Positions 8,326-18,950 of a stretch of 64,000 nt of DNA are shown one piece after another; the stretch's first letter is position 1; every line of letters starts with the position of its first letter. This DNA is from a virus (lineage: Duplodnaviria > Caudoviricetes), in the IMG/VR virus record IMGVR_UViG_3300028025_003274, positions 4,169-68,168 of that record; one strand, given 5' to 3'. The notes under the pieces were generated by a model. The model saw only the letters and a list, made by a program, of their open reading frames with translations, was not told where the DNA came from and ran no database searches. A program made the translations under genes and the position numbers.

Positions 8326-10506
8326 ATGGCCACCCCAGGACAAACTCCATTAGATAAAATAACTAGTGATGTAGCACAAACACAAGTAGAGTTTGCAGCA
8401 ACTACAGATAGTGCAAGAATTTTAAAAGAAGTATTAAAAGATACTAGTAGTCAGTCTCAACTTATTAGTGAGTATTCAACTCAAGTAAAGAACGCCCTTT
8501 TAGATACTCTATCTTTAGCATCTAAATTAGGAACAGAGTATATTACTCTAGAACAGATAGAAAAAAGAAGAAACGAAACTCAAGGATTGGCTAATGGAGT
8601 AGCTGCACAAAGATTAAAAGTAGAACAATCATTAACTAACGCAGGCACTAATGTAGCGGATGTAGAACAAAAAATAGAGGCATTACTATCATCAGGAATT
8701 AAAATAAAGAAAACCGCTCTTACTGTTGATGAGTATAGATTGTATAGAATAATAGGTCAAGAAAAAGCCTTAAAAGCAAATCTAGATAGATTAAATGAAA
8801 TAGAGGGGGCCGTAGAAGCTGGTAATAAGCAGTTTAAAGAGATGAATGTAAAAGCTGCCGCTCTATCTAAAATATTTGGCACCTTCTCAGGAATACCCTT
8901 CCTAAAAGACTTTATGCAGTTTAATATTCTAGCAGATGCTTTTAAAAAAGGAACCAAAGAGGGTTTTACTGAGTTACGGTCTCAATTAAAAAATATACTA
9001 ACAAATCCTTTATTCTTAGCTGCTGCTGGAATAGTAGCATTAATATCTGGTTTTAAAGCTTTAGTAAAATTAGCTTATGACTATGATAAGATTATAACAG
9101 ATATAGCCAACAACACAGCTCTATCTAAAGATTCTACAAAAAGTATGATGGACTCCTTCAGAGCGGTATCTGGAGAGAGTGTTAAATTAGTAGGTTCATT
9201 AGACGCAGCATACCTATCTGTAAAGAATCAGGCAAATGCCCTAATTGAATTAGGAGACAGCTTAGAGACTAATGCATTGTTTACCAACGAGATGATTCAA
9301 AATCAAATGTTGTTGACAAAACAAATGAAAATGTCCAAAGAAGAAGCTGCAGGTATTCAAAAAATGTCTTTACTAACTGGACAGTCAGCCGAAAAGATAT
9401 TGAATACTGCTATGAAGCAGAACACAACTGCAGTATCATACAAAAAGATATTTTCAGAAATATCAAAAGTTAATTCAGAAATAGCAACAGCATATAAAAA
9501 TAATCCGGAATTAATAGCCAAAGCTGTAGTAGAAGCTAATAAACTTGGAATGTCTTTAGAACAGACTAAAAGCATATCTAAAAGCTTGTTAGATTTCGAA
9601 ACATCAATAGCCGGAGAATTAGAATCAGAGCTTTTATTAGGAAAAAGATTTAACTTTGAAAAGGCAAGAGCATTAGCACTTGATGGAAAATCAGTAGAAG
9701 CCGCCAGTGAGTTAATGGGTCAGATAGGTGGCATAAATGCTTTGACCCAAATGAACGTTATCCAACGTGAGAGATTGGCTGCATCTATAGGAATGTCTGC
9801 AGAAGAGCTAACTAAATCTGCTAGAGAACAAGCTATATTAAATTCTTTAGGAGCTCAGAATAAGAAAGCATTAGAAGAAAGGTATGAGATATTAAGAAGG
9901 AATGGGGATGTAGTAGGAATGGAAAAGCTTAAAGCAGAAGCTGCTAGAAAAGAAGGAGGCCAAGCATTAATACAAGACATAGCAAGAGCTAATCTACAAG
10001 ATAGGTTTAATGAGTCTATGGAAAGGATAAAGCAGATATTCACTGAATTAGCTGCTGGTCCTATGATGACTTTTTTAGGAGGTATTACAAAAATATTACA
10101 GAATACTACACTATTAAAAACTGTATTAATAGCAACTGCTGTTGTTGTGGGCGCAATAACTGCAAGTTTAATAGCAGCAGCAGCTGCAATAACTGTAGCC
10201 CTGGGAGGAGCCAATTTAGCAATTGGTGCAGCAGTAACGGGAGGGCTTGTTGGATTAGGAGCTGTTGGGATACCAATGATGCTTAGCGGAACTAATACTG
10301 CAGGAGAAGCGGACATGGCAGTTACAAAACCAACTCTACCAAATAGAAATAATAATTTGCCTAGTTATAATAACAATCAAGGAAATAACTCAGCAGGAAA
10401 TCAAAGAAGTGATGAACAAAGAAGAATTGAGATTTACAACACCTTGAATATGGACGGTAAAGCTGTATCAACAGTTATGAAGACTTCTGACTACAAATAC
10501 TCTTAA
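8326..10506 (+). CDS. Tape measure protein
   Basis: 726 aa, helical Ala/Leu/Lys-rich, two hydrophobic stretches, LLDFETSI..ELE.ELLLG motif, position after chaperones. Confidence 0.8.
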   Translation: MATPGQTPLDKITSDVAQTQVEFAATTDSARILKEVLKDTSSQSQLISEYSTQVKNALLDTLSLASKLGTEYITLEQIEKRRNETQGLANGVAAQRLKVEQSLTNAGTNVADVEQKIEALLSSGIKIKKTALTVDEYRLYRIIGQEKALKANLDRLNEIEGAVEAGNKQFKEMNVKAAALSKIFGTFSGIPFLKDFMQFNILADAFKKGTKEGFTELRSQLKNILTNPLFLAAAGIVALISGFKALVKLAYDYDKIITDIANNTALSKDSTKSMMDSFRAVSGESVKLVGSLDAAYLSVKNQANALIELGDSLETNALFTNEMIQNQMLLTKQMKMSKEEAAGIQKMSLLTGQSAEKILNTAMKQNTTAVSYKKIFSEISKVNSEIATAYKNNPELIAKAVVEANKLGMSLEQTKSISKSLLDFETSIAGELESELLLGKRFNFEKARALALDGKSVEAASELMGQIGGINALTQMNVIQRERLAASIGMSAEELTKSAREQAILNSLGAQNKKALEERYEILRRNGDVVGMEKLKAEAARKEGGQALIQDIARANLQDRFNESMERIKQIFTELAAGPMMTFLGGITKILQNTTLLKTVLIATAVVVGAITASLIAAAAAITVALGGANLAIGAAVTGGLVGLGAVGIPMMLSGTNTAGEADMAVTKPTLPNRNNNLPSYNNNQGNNSAGNQRSDEQRRIEIYNTLNMDGKAVSTVMKTSDYKYS

Positions 10507-10523
10507 TATAAAACAAACACAAC

Positions 10524-12365
10524 GTGCCATCATTACAAGATTTAGCAACTAACTTAGCAAACCACCAGTATTATAGTGGGGTAGGTGTGTTTAATGCAAA
10601 TAATCTCCCTTTTGGTAGAGATACTCCAGGAGGAGGTGATAGCGGACAGCCTTTTGTAGTAAGGAGAATAGATCAAAGATGGTCTCCATCTAATATGACA
10701 GACTCTCTAACTCCCTTTGGAGCTGTCACAACTGTTACTAGAACTTTGAAAGATGTAGAGAGGGTATCTAAGTTTATGTATACTAGTATTATGGGCCCTA
10801 TGTTTTTAATAAAACAGACGGGATTACAGGCTACAAATCCTGATACACAACAGCTGGGGAATAAATTAGGTAGTCTAAGGACATACAATCCTTTAGGAAT
10901 TAACACACTTGCACAAGTAGCAGTAAATGCTAGTGGAGTTAAATTTACAAAACACGGATTAACCCCAACTGTTAGTAAACAAGACTCGTATGAAAAGTTT
11001 GCTTTAAAAAGAGATGAAGATTATGTAGACAGGTTGTACATATTGACGGATAAACTAAGTAATAAAGAAAGACGTAACTACATAGACAAGTATGTAGGAG
11101 GACCAGAATCTTTCTTTGGAATAGGAAGCACTACTATCAATAGATCCTATTATACTTTAAATAATGGAGTAGCAGATGATTTTAGTGGTTTTATATCTGT
11201 ACCTATATCCAATCTTTACAAGATATTTCCAACTATGACTGGAGGGGGAATACCTACTTCTAGAGATATATATGTAGACCCTACTAAGACTATAGAAGCA
11301 GAAGGAGAATTTGTACCCCCTAATTTAATAGCCCCAGGAATAATAACTCCAGAAGCAAGAGGAAATACTTATATTCTTGGGAGTAATTATGACTTTAGAA
11401 TATATAAAAATGCTTTAAATAAAAAAAGTTCTCCTAAAGGAAATGAATTACCGGAATCTAATTACACAATTTATAATTTAGAATCTAGAATAGGTGTAGC
11501 TAGAGTAAGGAAACCAGAACATAGAATAAAATACGAAGCTACAGCAAGTGCAGATGGAAGGTATAATTTTGAAAAAGAGTATTCAGATAGAATAAATGCC
11601 ATTGGTTTGTACTATGCAGCAGGTCCAGCAGCACCTTCTACAGATGTAAATGGCAAACCAGTGAATGACGACACATCAGAAACTTCTATTAGAGACATCA
11701 TAAAGTTCCGTATAAAAATACTGGATAACGATAAAAGACCGGTTGCAAAAACAGGAGACAGTTTCGGAGTATATATAGTGTTCAGAGCATACATATCAAA
11801 CATCAGAAGGAACATTGTATCTAAATGGGACGCATATAAGTATGTAGGAAGAGGTGAGTCATTCTACGCTTATGATGGTTTTACAGAAACTATAACATAC
11901 TCTTTTGTTATAGCTGCCTCTTCTCGTGCAGAAATGAAACCATTATATCAAAAGCTAAACTATTTGATATCTTCAATGGCTCCGGACTATAGAGACAATT
12001 TGATGAGAGGAAATATTGCAGAATTAACTATAGGAGATTTTGTCTTGTATCAACCAGGCATTATTACTAACTTCGATATGAACATAGACGAAGATTCTAA
12101 CTGGGAAATAGCATTGCAAGAACCGGAAGCTGGTGCTACAGGGGTAGATGCAGATATGCACGAACTACCACACCTTATAAAGTGCAATATGACATTTATA
12201 CCTATTTACAACTTCTTGCCTAGGAAGTCTTTCAAAGCTCCATTTATAGGAATAGATGGAATGTCAGAACCAAAAAAAATAAATAAACAGTGGTTACAAG
12301 ATCCTAATAATTATTTAAAGGAAAATAAAAGTAAGGTAATTGTAGGAGACGCAACTAAAGCATAA
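10524..12365 (+). CDS. Baseplate/tail-tube initiator-like structural protein
   Basis: C-terminal FRAYI..WDAYKYVGRGE..YDGF..LTIGD..PGII motif; tail module context. Confidence 0.6.
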   Translation: MPSLQDLATNLANHQYYSGVGVFNANNLPFGRDTPGGGDSGQPFVVRRIDQRWSPSNMTDSLTPFGAVTTVTRTLKDVERVSKFMYTSIMGPMFLIKQTGLQATNPDTQQLGNKLGSLRTYNPLGINTLAQVAVNASGVKFTKHGLTPTVSKQDSYEKFALKRDEDYVDRLYILTDKLSNKERRNYIDKYVGGPESFFGIGSTTINRSYYTLNNGVADDFSGFISVPISNLYKIFPTMTGGGIPTSRDIYVDPTKTIEAEGEFVPPNLIAPGIITPEARGNTYILGSNYDFRIYKNALNKKSSPKGNELPESNYTIYNLESRIGVARVRKPEHRIKYEATASADGRYNFEKEYSDRINAIGLYYAAGPAAPSTDVNGKPVNDDTSETSIRDIIKFRIKILDNDKRPVAKTGDSFGVYIVFRAYISNIRRNIVSKWDAYKYVGRGESFYAYDGFTETITYSFVIAASSRAEMKPLYQKLNYLISSMAPDYRDNLMRGNIAELTIGDFVLYQPGIITNFDMNIDEDSNWEIALQEPEAGATGVDADMHELPHLIKCNMTFIPIYNFLPRKSFKAPFIGIDGMSEPKKINKQWLQDPNNYLKENKSKVIVGDATKA

Positions 12366-12369
12366 AATA

Positions 12370-12672
12370 ATGGCCAGATATTCAAACATAAAAGTATTAA
12401 AAGACAGTGAGAATAGCAGAAGGTATTATAGGGCTTCTAAATATCCTGATATAGCTTTTTCTGATACTGATATTTACATTGAGGCAGCTTATGGAGACAG
12501 GCTCGATATAATATCTTACGACTACTATAAGTCCACAGAATACTACTGGATATTATTAGTAGCAAACAATCTCCCAGGGGATAGTATCTTTGTGCCACCA
12601 GGCACACAATTAAGAATACCAGAAAACTTAGACCAGATATTAGCCGATTATGAAGCACTAAATAGTATATAA
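12370..12672 (+). CDS. LysM-like baseplate protein (tail X / gp53-like)
   Basis: GDRLDIISYDYY...WILLVAN...PGTQLRIP. Confidence 0.75.
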   Translation: MARYSNIKVLKDSENSRRYYRASKYPDIAFSDTDIYIEAAYGDRLDIISYDYYKSTEYYWILLVANNLPGDSIFVPPGTQLRIPENLDQILADYEALNSI

Positions 12673-12677
12673 AAGTT

Positions 12678-15662
12678 ATGTCAATATTCAAAAGCACTTT
12701 AAAACCTTATGTAGTAAGACAAATAAATACTAGGCAGAATCTTCTTTCTGAATCTGGAGTAAAGAGACCTGTAGAGTTTGCTCACTATGTATCCAGCAAG
12801 TCCCCTTGGATAAGAATGACTTCTTTTGTAAATTACGGACCAGTAGGTAGTGAAAACGCAGACCTAGCAAAGAAGTATATACTAATGGGAGGGTCTCTGT
12901 ATAATATGAAATCTGGGGGCTATTCTCAAAGGAGTGGAGTAGGAGGTGCTGGTTCTGTTTATGGAGGAGATTTAGGAACTAATCAATACGGTATTAGACC
13001 TATGCCGGGCATATCAGAATTGAATACAAGATCTCTAGGGGCATATGGATCTCTTACAGAAGCTACTGTTAAATTTTATGCGTGGGATGTAAAGCAACTA
13101 GAAGACTTGACGGTCCTTTTTATGAGACCGGGATATAAAGTATTATTAGAATGGGGATGGTCAATGTATTTAGATACCCTTATTAGCGGAGAAGATTACA
13201 AAAAGAAATCAGACCCTAACTCTTTGAAAGGTAGCTTTACTAATTACAGTATAGAGACTATGCCTTTTAATACCATAGATTGTTTTAACACAGGTATAAC
13301 TCAAGATGCTATATATGATCAACTGGAAAAAATAAGACATAGGTATTCTGGTAATTATGATGGGGTTCTAGGATCTATAAAAAACTACCAATACACTTTA
13401 CTTCCTAATGGTGCATATGAGTGTACTGTTACTTTAATTAGTATTGGAGATGTAATAGATACCATAAGACTTAACGATACTTTAGGGTACGAAGCCTCAG
13501 AAGGAGGAGAACAAACCTCACAAACAGCAACCACAGGATCAGTTACCCCAGACATAAAAAGTGATTTTGAGATTATATTTGATGAGTATGCTAAATTAAG
13601 CCCATTTAATAGTAGGGAAAATTCTCCTATAATAAAAACAATTGATAGCAGAATAAAACCTAAAGACGCCAAATATATAGATCCATACGTGTATAATTAC
13701 CAACTACCGGAAAATTCTATATTTGGAAAACAACAAATTATACAACAAGGCATATTTAAACAGGGCGGTAAAAGATCATATTTTTATCTTCAATTTGGAT
13801 ACGTTTTACATATACTTAACTCTTTAAAGAATGTATTTGCTAGTAAAGGCCAAACTCTATTTGAAATAGAAATACCATCAGATCCAAATAATCCCGACAG
13901 CTTATCTAACGGATTATGCCAAGCTTCGTACAATGTGGTATCCGTAGATCCTAGTGTTTGTTTAATTAGAAATAGTAATGCTACATTATTTATTTCTAAG
14001 GAAGAAGACCCTATTGATAATACTAATATTTTAGATAAAAAAGGATTTAGACCTAACATATATAAAAATGAAAATTTTATAGTAAAACAGGTACCTTCTG
14101 ATTTAGTATCTAACAATAATGATATAAAAGAGTATCTTTATTCTAATACAAACTTTGGATTAATAAGTAACATATATGTGAATATCCTTGAAATAATATC
14201 AATATATAAAGAACAATCTATATCTAATAACGGATATGTTTATTTAGGGGAGTTTATATCTGCTTTATTGTCTAAGATGTCTTATTCTTTAGGATCTATA
14301 AATGATTTTGATAAGTTTGTTAGCAACAATAAAGTAGTAATTATAGACAAACACTATACAGAAGTAGGCGCGGACTCAGCGTACAATAATAAGTTTAAAA
14401 TTAATATTTCTGGTAACAATAGTATAGTAAGGTCTCATAAGATAGAATCAAAGATATTCCCTTCTCAAGCTACTATGATAGCAGTAGCTGCACAAAGTAG
14501 AGAGAATATATCTGCAATCCAAACATCTACATACAATTATATAAATGAGGGATTGGTAGATAGATTGTTAGGGGATAAAACAAACAAAAAAGAAGACCAA
14601 GGAGATAATAAAGAGGGACTGGCGGAAGAAAGAGCTAAAGAAGCAAAATTAAATAGCATACTTAAACTCATCCAGTACGTAAACAATTATGTTATTCCAA
14701 ATAATATAAATAGCGATTCATACGCCTCTAACTTATCCACTATGAATGGATATTTGAATACATTGTTGGTAGAGATGGAAGGCGGCACTAACTATAAAGC
14801 AGTTATACCTATATCAGTAAATTTAACTGTAGACGGACTATCTGGACTAACAATAGGGGAAATATTCACAGTAGATAAAAAGGTACTACCAAGGGATCAC
14901 AAGGATAAATCTATAGGTTTTATAATAACTAAGTTGGCTAATCAAATTATAGGAGGTTCTTGGACAACCAATATAGAATCTCAGATGTGTGTGTTAGACC
15001 AAGAAAGTAAGCAAATAAAAACAAAAGAAAAAGCAGATCAATTATTAAGAGAACTTTTGAATTTAGGGGAGAAAAACAAATTAAAAAATATAGCATCTAT
15101 AACATATTTTAACATACTAGCAGCATTAACAGCTGACGTACTATCTGGTAGAATAAAAGTTGAAAATGAGTACGGCGATTTAGTGGTTAGAGACAATTCA
15201 AAAGTATTGTACACAAGAGCAGCTTTAGCTGAGTTTGTTCCAGGAGGAAAAATAACTTTGGAAGATGTCTTAAAAGATCTTAATCGTTCTTATTTGAGAT
15301 TTTATCCGGATGCTAAAAAAAGAAATTTTTACGATACGTTTTTCTATAGGGATGATAATTTAAACGATGCACAAGTAGCAACTAATATAATCTATGGAAT
15401 GTACTACTATAGCTACATGGTAGATGAAATAAAGACACAGTTTGATGCCGAGTTTAATAGAATTATAGGAAGATATGTAAAAGGAGATTTGACACAACAA
15501 ACAGTAACAAGAGATGGAAAAGGAACAGTAGCAACCTCAGTAGTATTTGATCTTGTGTTTTCTAAAATAGATATAAAAAATGCAGTAGATATGAATACTG
15601 GGATATTAATTCCAAATGTACCATTAATAGCAGGATATGCAATATTACCCATAGTAAAATAA
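12678..15662 (+). CDS. Large baseplate hub-like structural protein
   Basis: RPMPGI, PGYKVLLEWGW, IPISVNLTVDGLSG..IG, WTTNIE motifs; tail module context. Confidence 0.6.
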   Translation: MSIFKSTLKPYVVRQINTRQNLLSESGVKRPVEFAHYVSSKSPWIRMTSFVNYGPVGSENADLAKKYILMGGSLYNMKSGGYSQRSGVGGAGSVYGGDLGTNQYGIRPMPGISELNTRSLGAYGSLTEATVKFYAWDVKQLEDLTVLFMRPGYKVLLEWGWSMYLDTLISGEDYKKKSDPNSLKGSFTNYSIETMPFNTIDCFNTGITQDAIYDQLEKIRHRYSGNYDGVLGSIKNYQYTLLPNGAYECTVTLISIGDVIDTIRLNDTLGYEASEGGEQTSQTATTGSVTPDIKSDFEIIFDEYAKLSPFNSRENSPIIKTIDSRIKPKDAKYIDPYVYNYQLPENSIFGKQQIIQQGIFKQGGKRSYFYLQFGYVLHILNSLKNVFASKGQTLFEIEIPSDPNNPDSLSNGLCQASYNVVSVDPSVCLIRNSNATLFISKEEDPIDNTNILDKKGFRPNIYKNENFIVKQVPSDLVSNNNDIKEYLYSNTNFGLISNIYVNILEIISIYKEQSISNNGYVYLGEFISALLSKMSYSLGSINDFDKFVSNNKVVIIDKHYTEVGADSAYNNKFKINISGNNSIVRSHKIESKIFPSQATMIAVAAQSRENISAIQTSTYNYINEGLVDRLLGDKTNKKEDQGDNKEGLAEERAKEAKLNSILKLIQYVNNYVIPNNINSDSYASNLSTMNGYLNTLLVEMEGGTNYKAVIPISVNLTVDGLSGLTIGEIFTVDKKVLPRDHKDKSIGFIITKLANQIIGGSWTTNIESQMCVLDQESKQIKTKEKADQLLRELLNLGEKNKLKNIASITYFNILAALTADVLSGRIKVENEYGDLVVRDNSKVLYTRAALAEFVPGGKITLEDVLKDLNRSYLRFYPDAKKRNFYDTFFYRDDNLNDAQVATNIIYGMYYYSYMVDEIKTQFDAEFNRIIGRYVKGDLTQQTVTRDGKGTVATSVVFDLVFSKIDIKNAVDMNTGILIPNVPLIAGYAILPIVK

Positions 15663-15668
15663 AAATAT

Positions 15669-16184
15669 ATGTATTATCCTAAATCAGAAATATTAAAAGT
15701 AGACTATACATCAGGAAGTGAGTTCTTAATAAAAAGTACCTTAGTATTTTATAAGGGAGACTACTATGCTACTAATGATGGAAAGTTCTTTTCAGGAAAA
15801 GAGTATAGCCCGTCTACTCAACAACTGGTACCGGTATCTGATAATATTCAAAACATAAATGAAAAAGAATCATACGGATTTCATTATGCAATGCCATCTG
15901 AAGATGATTATTCTAATGGATCGTTCACCAGATATACAATAAAAAGAGTAAACAGTGGGTTTGAAACCATATTAGAAGTAGATCAAACTGAGTACGAGAG
16001 AGCCATTAAAGATCCCTTGTACTCAGCAGTAAAGTTTTTCTGGAAAATAACTGGCCCTCTGTATACAACTCCTGAAGGAATTCCAGGAATAGTAAACGCC
16101 AATCAGAAAACTCTAGAAAATTTAGAGAAAAATATACCGGGTATATCAAATTATTTTACAAATTTGGCACAGTACGCAAAATAA
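15669..16184 (+). CDS. Hypothetical baseplate-associated protein
   Basis: MYYPKS start, YKGDYY, WKITGP; last gene of tail block. Confidence 0.55.
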   Translation: MYYPKSEILKVDYTSGSEFLIKSTLVFYKGDYYATNDGKFFSGKEYSPSTQQLVPVSDNIQNINEKESYGFHYAMPSEDDYSNGSFTRYTIKRVNSGFETILEVDQTEYERAIKDPLYSAVKFFWKITGPLYTTPEGIPGIVNANQKTLENLEKNIPGISNYFTNLAQYAK

Positions 16185-16195
16185 CCCTATCTTTG
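16163..16195 (+). promoter_or_regulatory. Bacteroidota-type sigma70 promoter
   Basis: TTTG (16163) - 21 nt - TATCTTTG (16188). Confidence 0.65.
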
Positions 16196-16211
16196 TACAA
16201 AGGTTATAAAC

Positions 16212-17549
16212 GTGTATTACATAATAGAGACTGAAGAGCAGCTTCAGAAATTTTCTGCATACGACTTCACTAATTGTATTGTTGATGTAATTCCATCAAA
16301 CGATAACTGTCATCCTAAACTGGCAGACATCTCCCTGATCTATATAAAGCCTTTTAGATCCCGTATGGGATTTATGCTATGCCTTGATCATACAGAAGCG
16401 TTTTCTCTCCCTAAAGAGTCTGTAGAGGCCTTTATAGTCAATAAGCTTGGCAATATCTACGCTATAGATGGAAAGAGGATGAGATACTTCACTAAAAGAG
16501 ATAGCGCCTTATACTGCCTTAAAATGGCCAAGTATCTATCTACTGGGGAAATCATAGACGAGTCTAAGTTCAATACTACAGCACACAACTTCTTTTGTCA
16601 GAAATATGAATACCGTCCTGATATAAATAAGATCATCCCTATAGCTAAACACTTTGAAAAGTATGAGAAATTAGCCGCTTCTATCAAGATAGACCAGGCT
16701 TGGTTCAAACCTAAGTACTATAAACTGTATGGGGAGGTAGCCCCTAGACTGTTTAATTCAATAGAATCTAATGGAATTAGTATAGATAATGTAGGATTTT
16801 TCAGTCATTATACCCCAAAAGAGGCCTTAATGTCGGTTAAATCAGACAAAACATACACTCAATACAACCTTTATACTACTACCGGAAGGCCTTCAAATGC
16901 CTTCAATGGTATCAATTATGGGGCCATGAACAAGACAGATGGCAGCAGGAAGTCTTTCATAGCCGGTAAAGATAGATTGGTTGAGTTTGATTACAGTTCG
17001 TATCACATTCGTATATTAGCGTATCATATCGGATATATTTTTGACGATGAAGATATACATACTCACTTAGCCAAGTACTATTTTGATACTAAAGACATCA
17101 CTAAGGAACAATATGAAGAGAGTAAAGGTCTGACTTTTAAACTGCTGTATACTGATTCTATTGCTGAAGAGGTTAAGGATATACCTTTTTTTGCAAAAGT
17201 CAAACAATTTAAAGAGTCATTGTGGAATTTATATAGAAAACAGGGGTATATTGAAAGTTTTTTATCTAAAAGACCTATTAGAGGAATAACTTCTAAGACT
17301 CAAGTACTACCTTTTATTTTACAGAACTACGAAACTGAGAGAAATATCTTTGTTCTTAATGAACTTATTGCCTATCTTTGTAATAAGAACACAAAATTAG
17401 TGTTGTATAACTACGATTCTTTCTTATTTGACTATAGTAAATCGGACGGAAAGCAGACGCTTTGCGACATACAGATGATTTTGGAACAAGACGGATACAA
17501 AACATCTTGTAAATACGGCCAGAACTATCAGGAAATGAAGAATTTATAA
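16212..17549 (+). CDS. Divergent, short family-A DNA polymerase-like protein
   Basis: TTTGRPS, motif A EFDYSSYHIRIL, motif B SKGLTFKLLY, motif C YNYDSFLF; N-terminus lacks clear exonuclease motifs. Confidence 0.75.
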   Translation: MYYIIETEEQLQKFSAYDFTNCIVDVIPSNDNCHPKLADISLIYIKPFRSRMGFMLCLDHTEAFSLPKESVEAFIVNKLGNIYAIDGKRMRYFTKRDSALYCLKMAKYLSTGEIIDESKFNTTAHNFFCQKYEYRPDINKIIPIAKHFEKYEKLAASIKIDQAWFKPKYYKLYGEVAPRLFNSIESNGISIDNVGFFSHYTPKEALMSVKSDKTYTQYNLYTTTGRPSNAFNGINYGAMNKTDGSRKSFIAGKDRLVEFDYSSYHIRILAYHIGYIFDDEDIHTHLAKYYFDTKDITKEQYEESKGLTFKLLYTDSIAEEVKDIPFFAKVKQFKESLWNLYRKQGYIESFLSKRPIRGITSKTQVLPFILQNYETERNIFVLNELIAYLCNKNTKLVLYNYDSFLFDYSKSDGKQTLCDIQMILEQDGYKTSCKYGQNYQEMKNL

Positions 17550-17579
17550 ATTTTTAGCACAATTATTAGATATTTATAT

Positions 17580-18014
17580 ATGAATAATAATTTTTTTGAT
17601 CTAACTTACGATTACTTGAACAAGCTTTTTTGCACGTTTACCAAAAAGGAAGACCTTCAGGTCACCATATCGGATATAAAATCCAGGTATGAAGTAATCT
17701 ATTCTAAGATATTCATATTAGAAACAGATAACGACAACGAGTACGTGTGCACATATAACATTGATAGCGACAATATCAATAAAAACAATGTACTTCCTAA
17801 TACAATTCTTATGCATCGCCGTAAAGAATGCAATGTTCTTTACACTATAAACTCCCTCAACAAGCTTATCGAGTCACTTAATGGTGGTGTTAGGGATAAT
17901 AGCTATAAGGTTAACTGGAAAGACTATGAGAATAGCATACTCCTTACCCAGAAGGACCAGTTCGTTCAACTCAAGACCAAGATCCACGATATAGTTAATG
18001 TGGATAAAAAATAA
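17580..18014 (+). CDS. Conserved-looking hypothetical phage protein
   Basis: KLFCTF...HRRKECNVLYTINSLN; late box at 17570. Confidence 0.65.
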   Translation: MNNNFFDLTYDYLNKLFCTFTKKEDLQVTISDIKSRYEVIYSKIFILETDNDNEYVCTYNIDSDNINKNNVLPNTILMHRRKECNVLYTINSLNKLIESLNGGVRDNSYKVNWKDYENSILLTQKDQFVQLKTKIHDIVNVDKK

Positions 18015-18045
18015 TTTGGAGTAATTGTATTATTCCTTACTTTTG
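18015..18045 (+). promoter_or_regulatory. Bacteroidota-type sigma70 promoter
   Basis: TTTG (18015) - 19 nt - TACTTTTG (18038). Confidence 0.65.
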
Positions 18046-18070
18046 TTCTTCACTTTTTAAAAAACAAGTT

Positions 18071-18940
18071 ATGTCCAAGATTGATTTGATCAAAGAAAGA
18101 CTGAATAAGCTACAGTCTAAAAACTCAGGCTCCGCATTCGAAAAGATCGACTTCACAACCATTTTCTGGAAACCAAAGTTGGGAAAACAAGTAGTTAGGA
18201 TCCTACCCAGGAAAACTAACAAAGACTTCCCATTTGCAGAGGTCAGCTTCCATCAGTACAACATTTTCAAAAAGAATGTTTACAGTCTTGAAAACTTCGG
18301 TGAGAAAGATCCTGTAGTTCAATTGATGCGTGAACTCTATGATGAGAACACAGAAGAAAGTAAAGATTTGGCTCGTAAGCTCAGGCCTCGTACTAAATTC
18401 TTCGCACAAGTATTGGTTCGTGGAGAAGAAGGTATGGGTGCTAGACTTTGGGAGTTTAACAAAACTACTTACGAGAAGTTGCTTAGTATCATGGCCGATG
18501 ATGATTTTGGTGACGTATCAGATGTAACAGAAGGTACTGACCTTACTGTAGAAGGATACAACGATGTGATCAAGATTGGTAAGCGTGATGTCAACTACGT
18601 TGCAGTGAACGTAACTCCAAAGAGAAACATTTCTCCTATCTCCGAAGATGCTACTCTAGTACAGAAAGTATTGGAAACACAAAAAGAGATTACTGAAATC
18701 TACAAGAAGTATTCTTATGATGAAATTAAGAAGATGCTTCATGATTACATTAATCCACAGGAAACTCAACCGGAAGAAGTATCCACTCCTACAGTAGAAG
18801 CAGCTGCTCCAACAGCAACGGAAGATGACGACACTCCTCCATTTGACGGTCCTTACAAAACAGTAGCACCTGCAGCAACGGCGCCAAAGCCTAGCTCAGT
18901 AGCATCTAAGTTTGATGATTTATTTGGAGAAGAAAATTAA
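18071..18940 (+). CDS. Single-stranded DNA-binding protein (T4 gp32-like)
   Basis: FWKPKLGKQVVRILP, GTDLTV, acidic C-tail FDDLFGEEN; upstream of recombinase. Confidence 0.75.
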   Translation: MSKIDLIKERLNKLQSKNSGSAFEKIDFTTIFWKPKLGKQVVRILPRKTNKDFPFAEVSFHQYNIFKKNVYSLENFGEKDPVVQLMRELYDENTEESKDLARKLRPRTKFFAQVLVRGEEGMGARLWEFNKTTYEKLLSIMADDDFGDVSDVTEGTDLTVEGYNDVIKIGKRDVNYVAVNVTPKRNISPISEDATLVQKVLETQKEITEIYKKYSYDEIKKMLHDYINPQETQPEEVSTPTVEAAAPTATEDDDTPPFDGPYKTVAPAATAPKPSSVASKFDDLFGEEN

Positions 18941-18950
18941 AAACTAACAT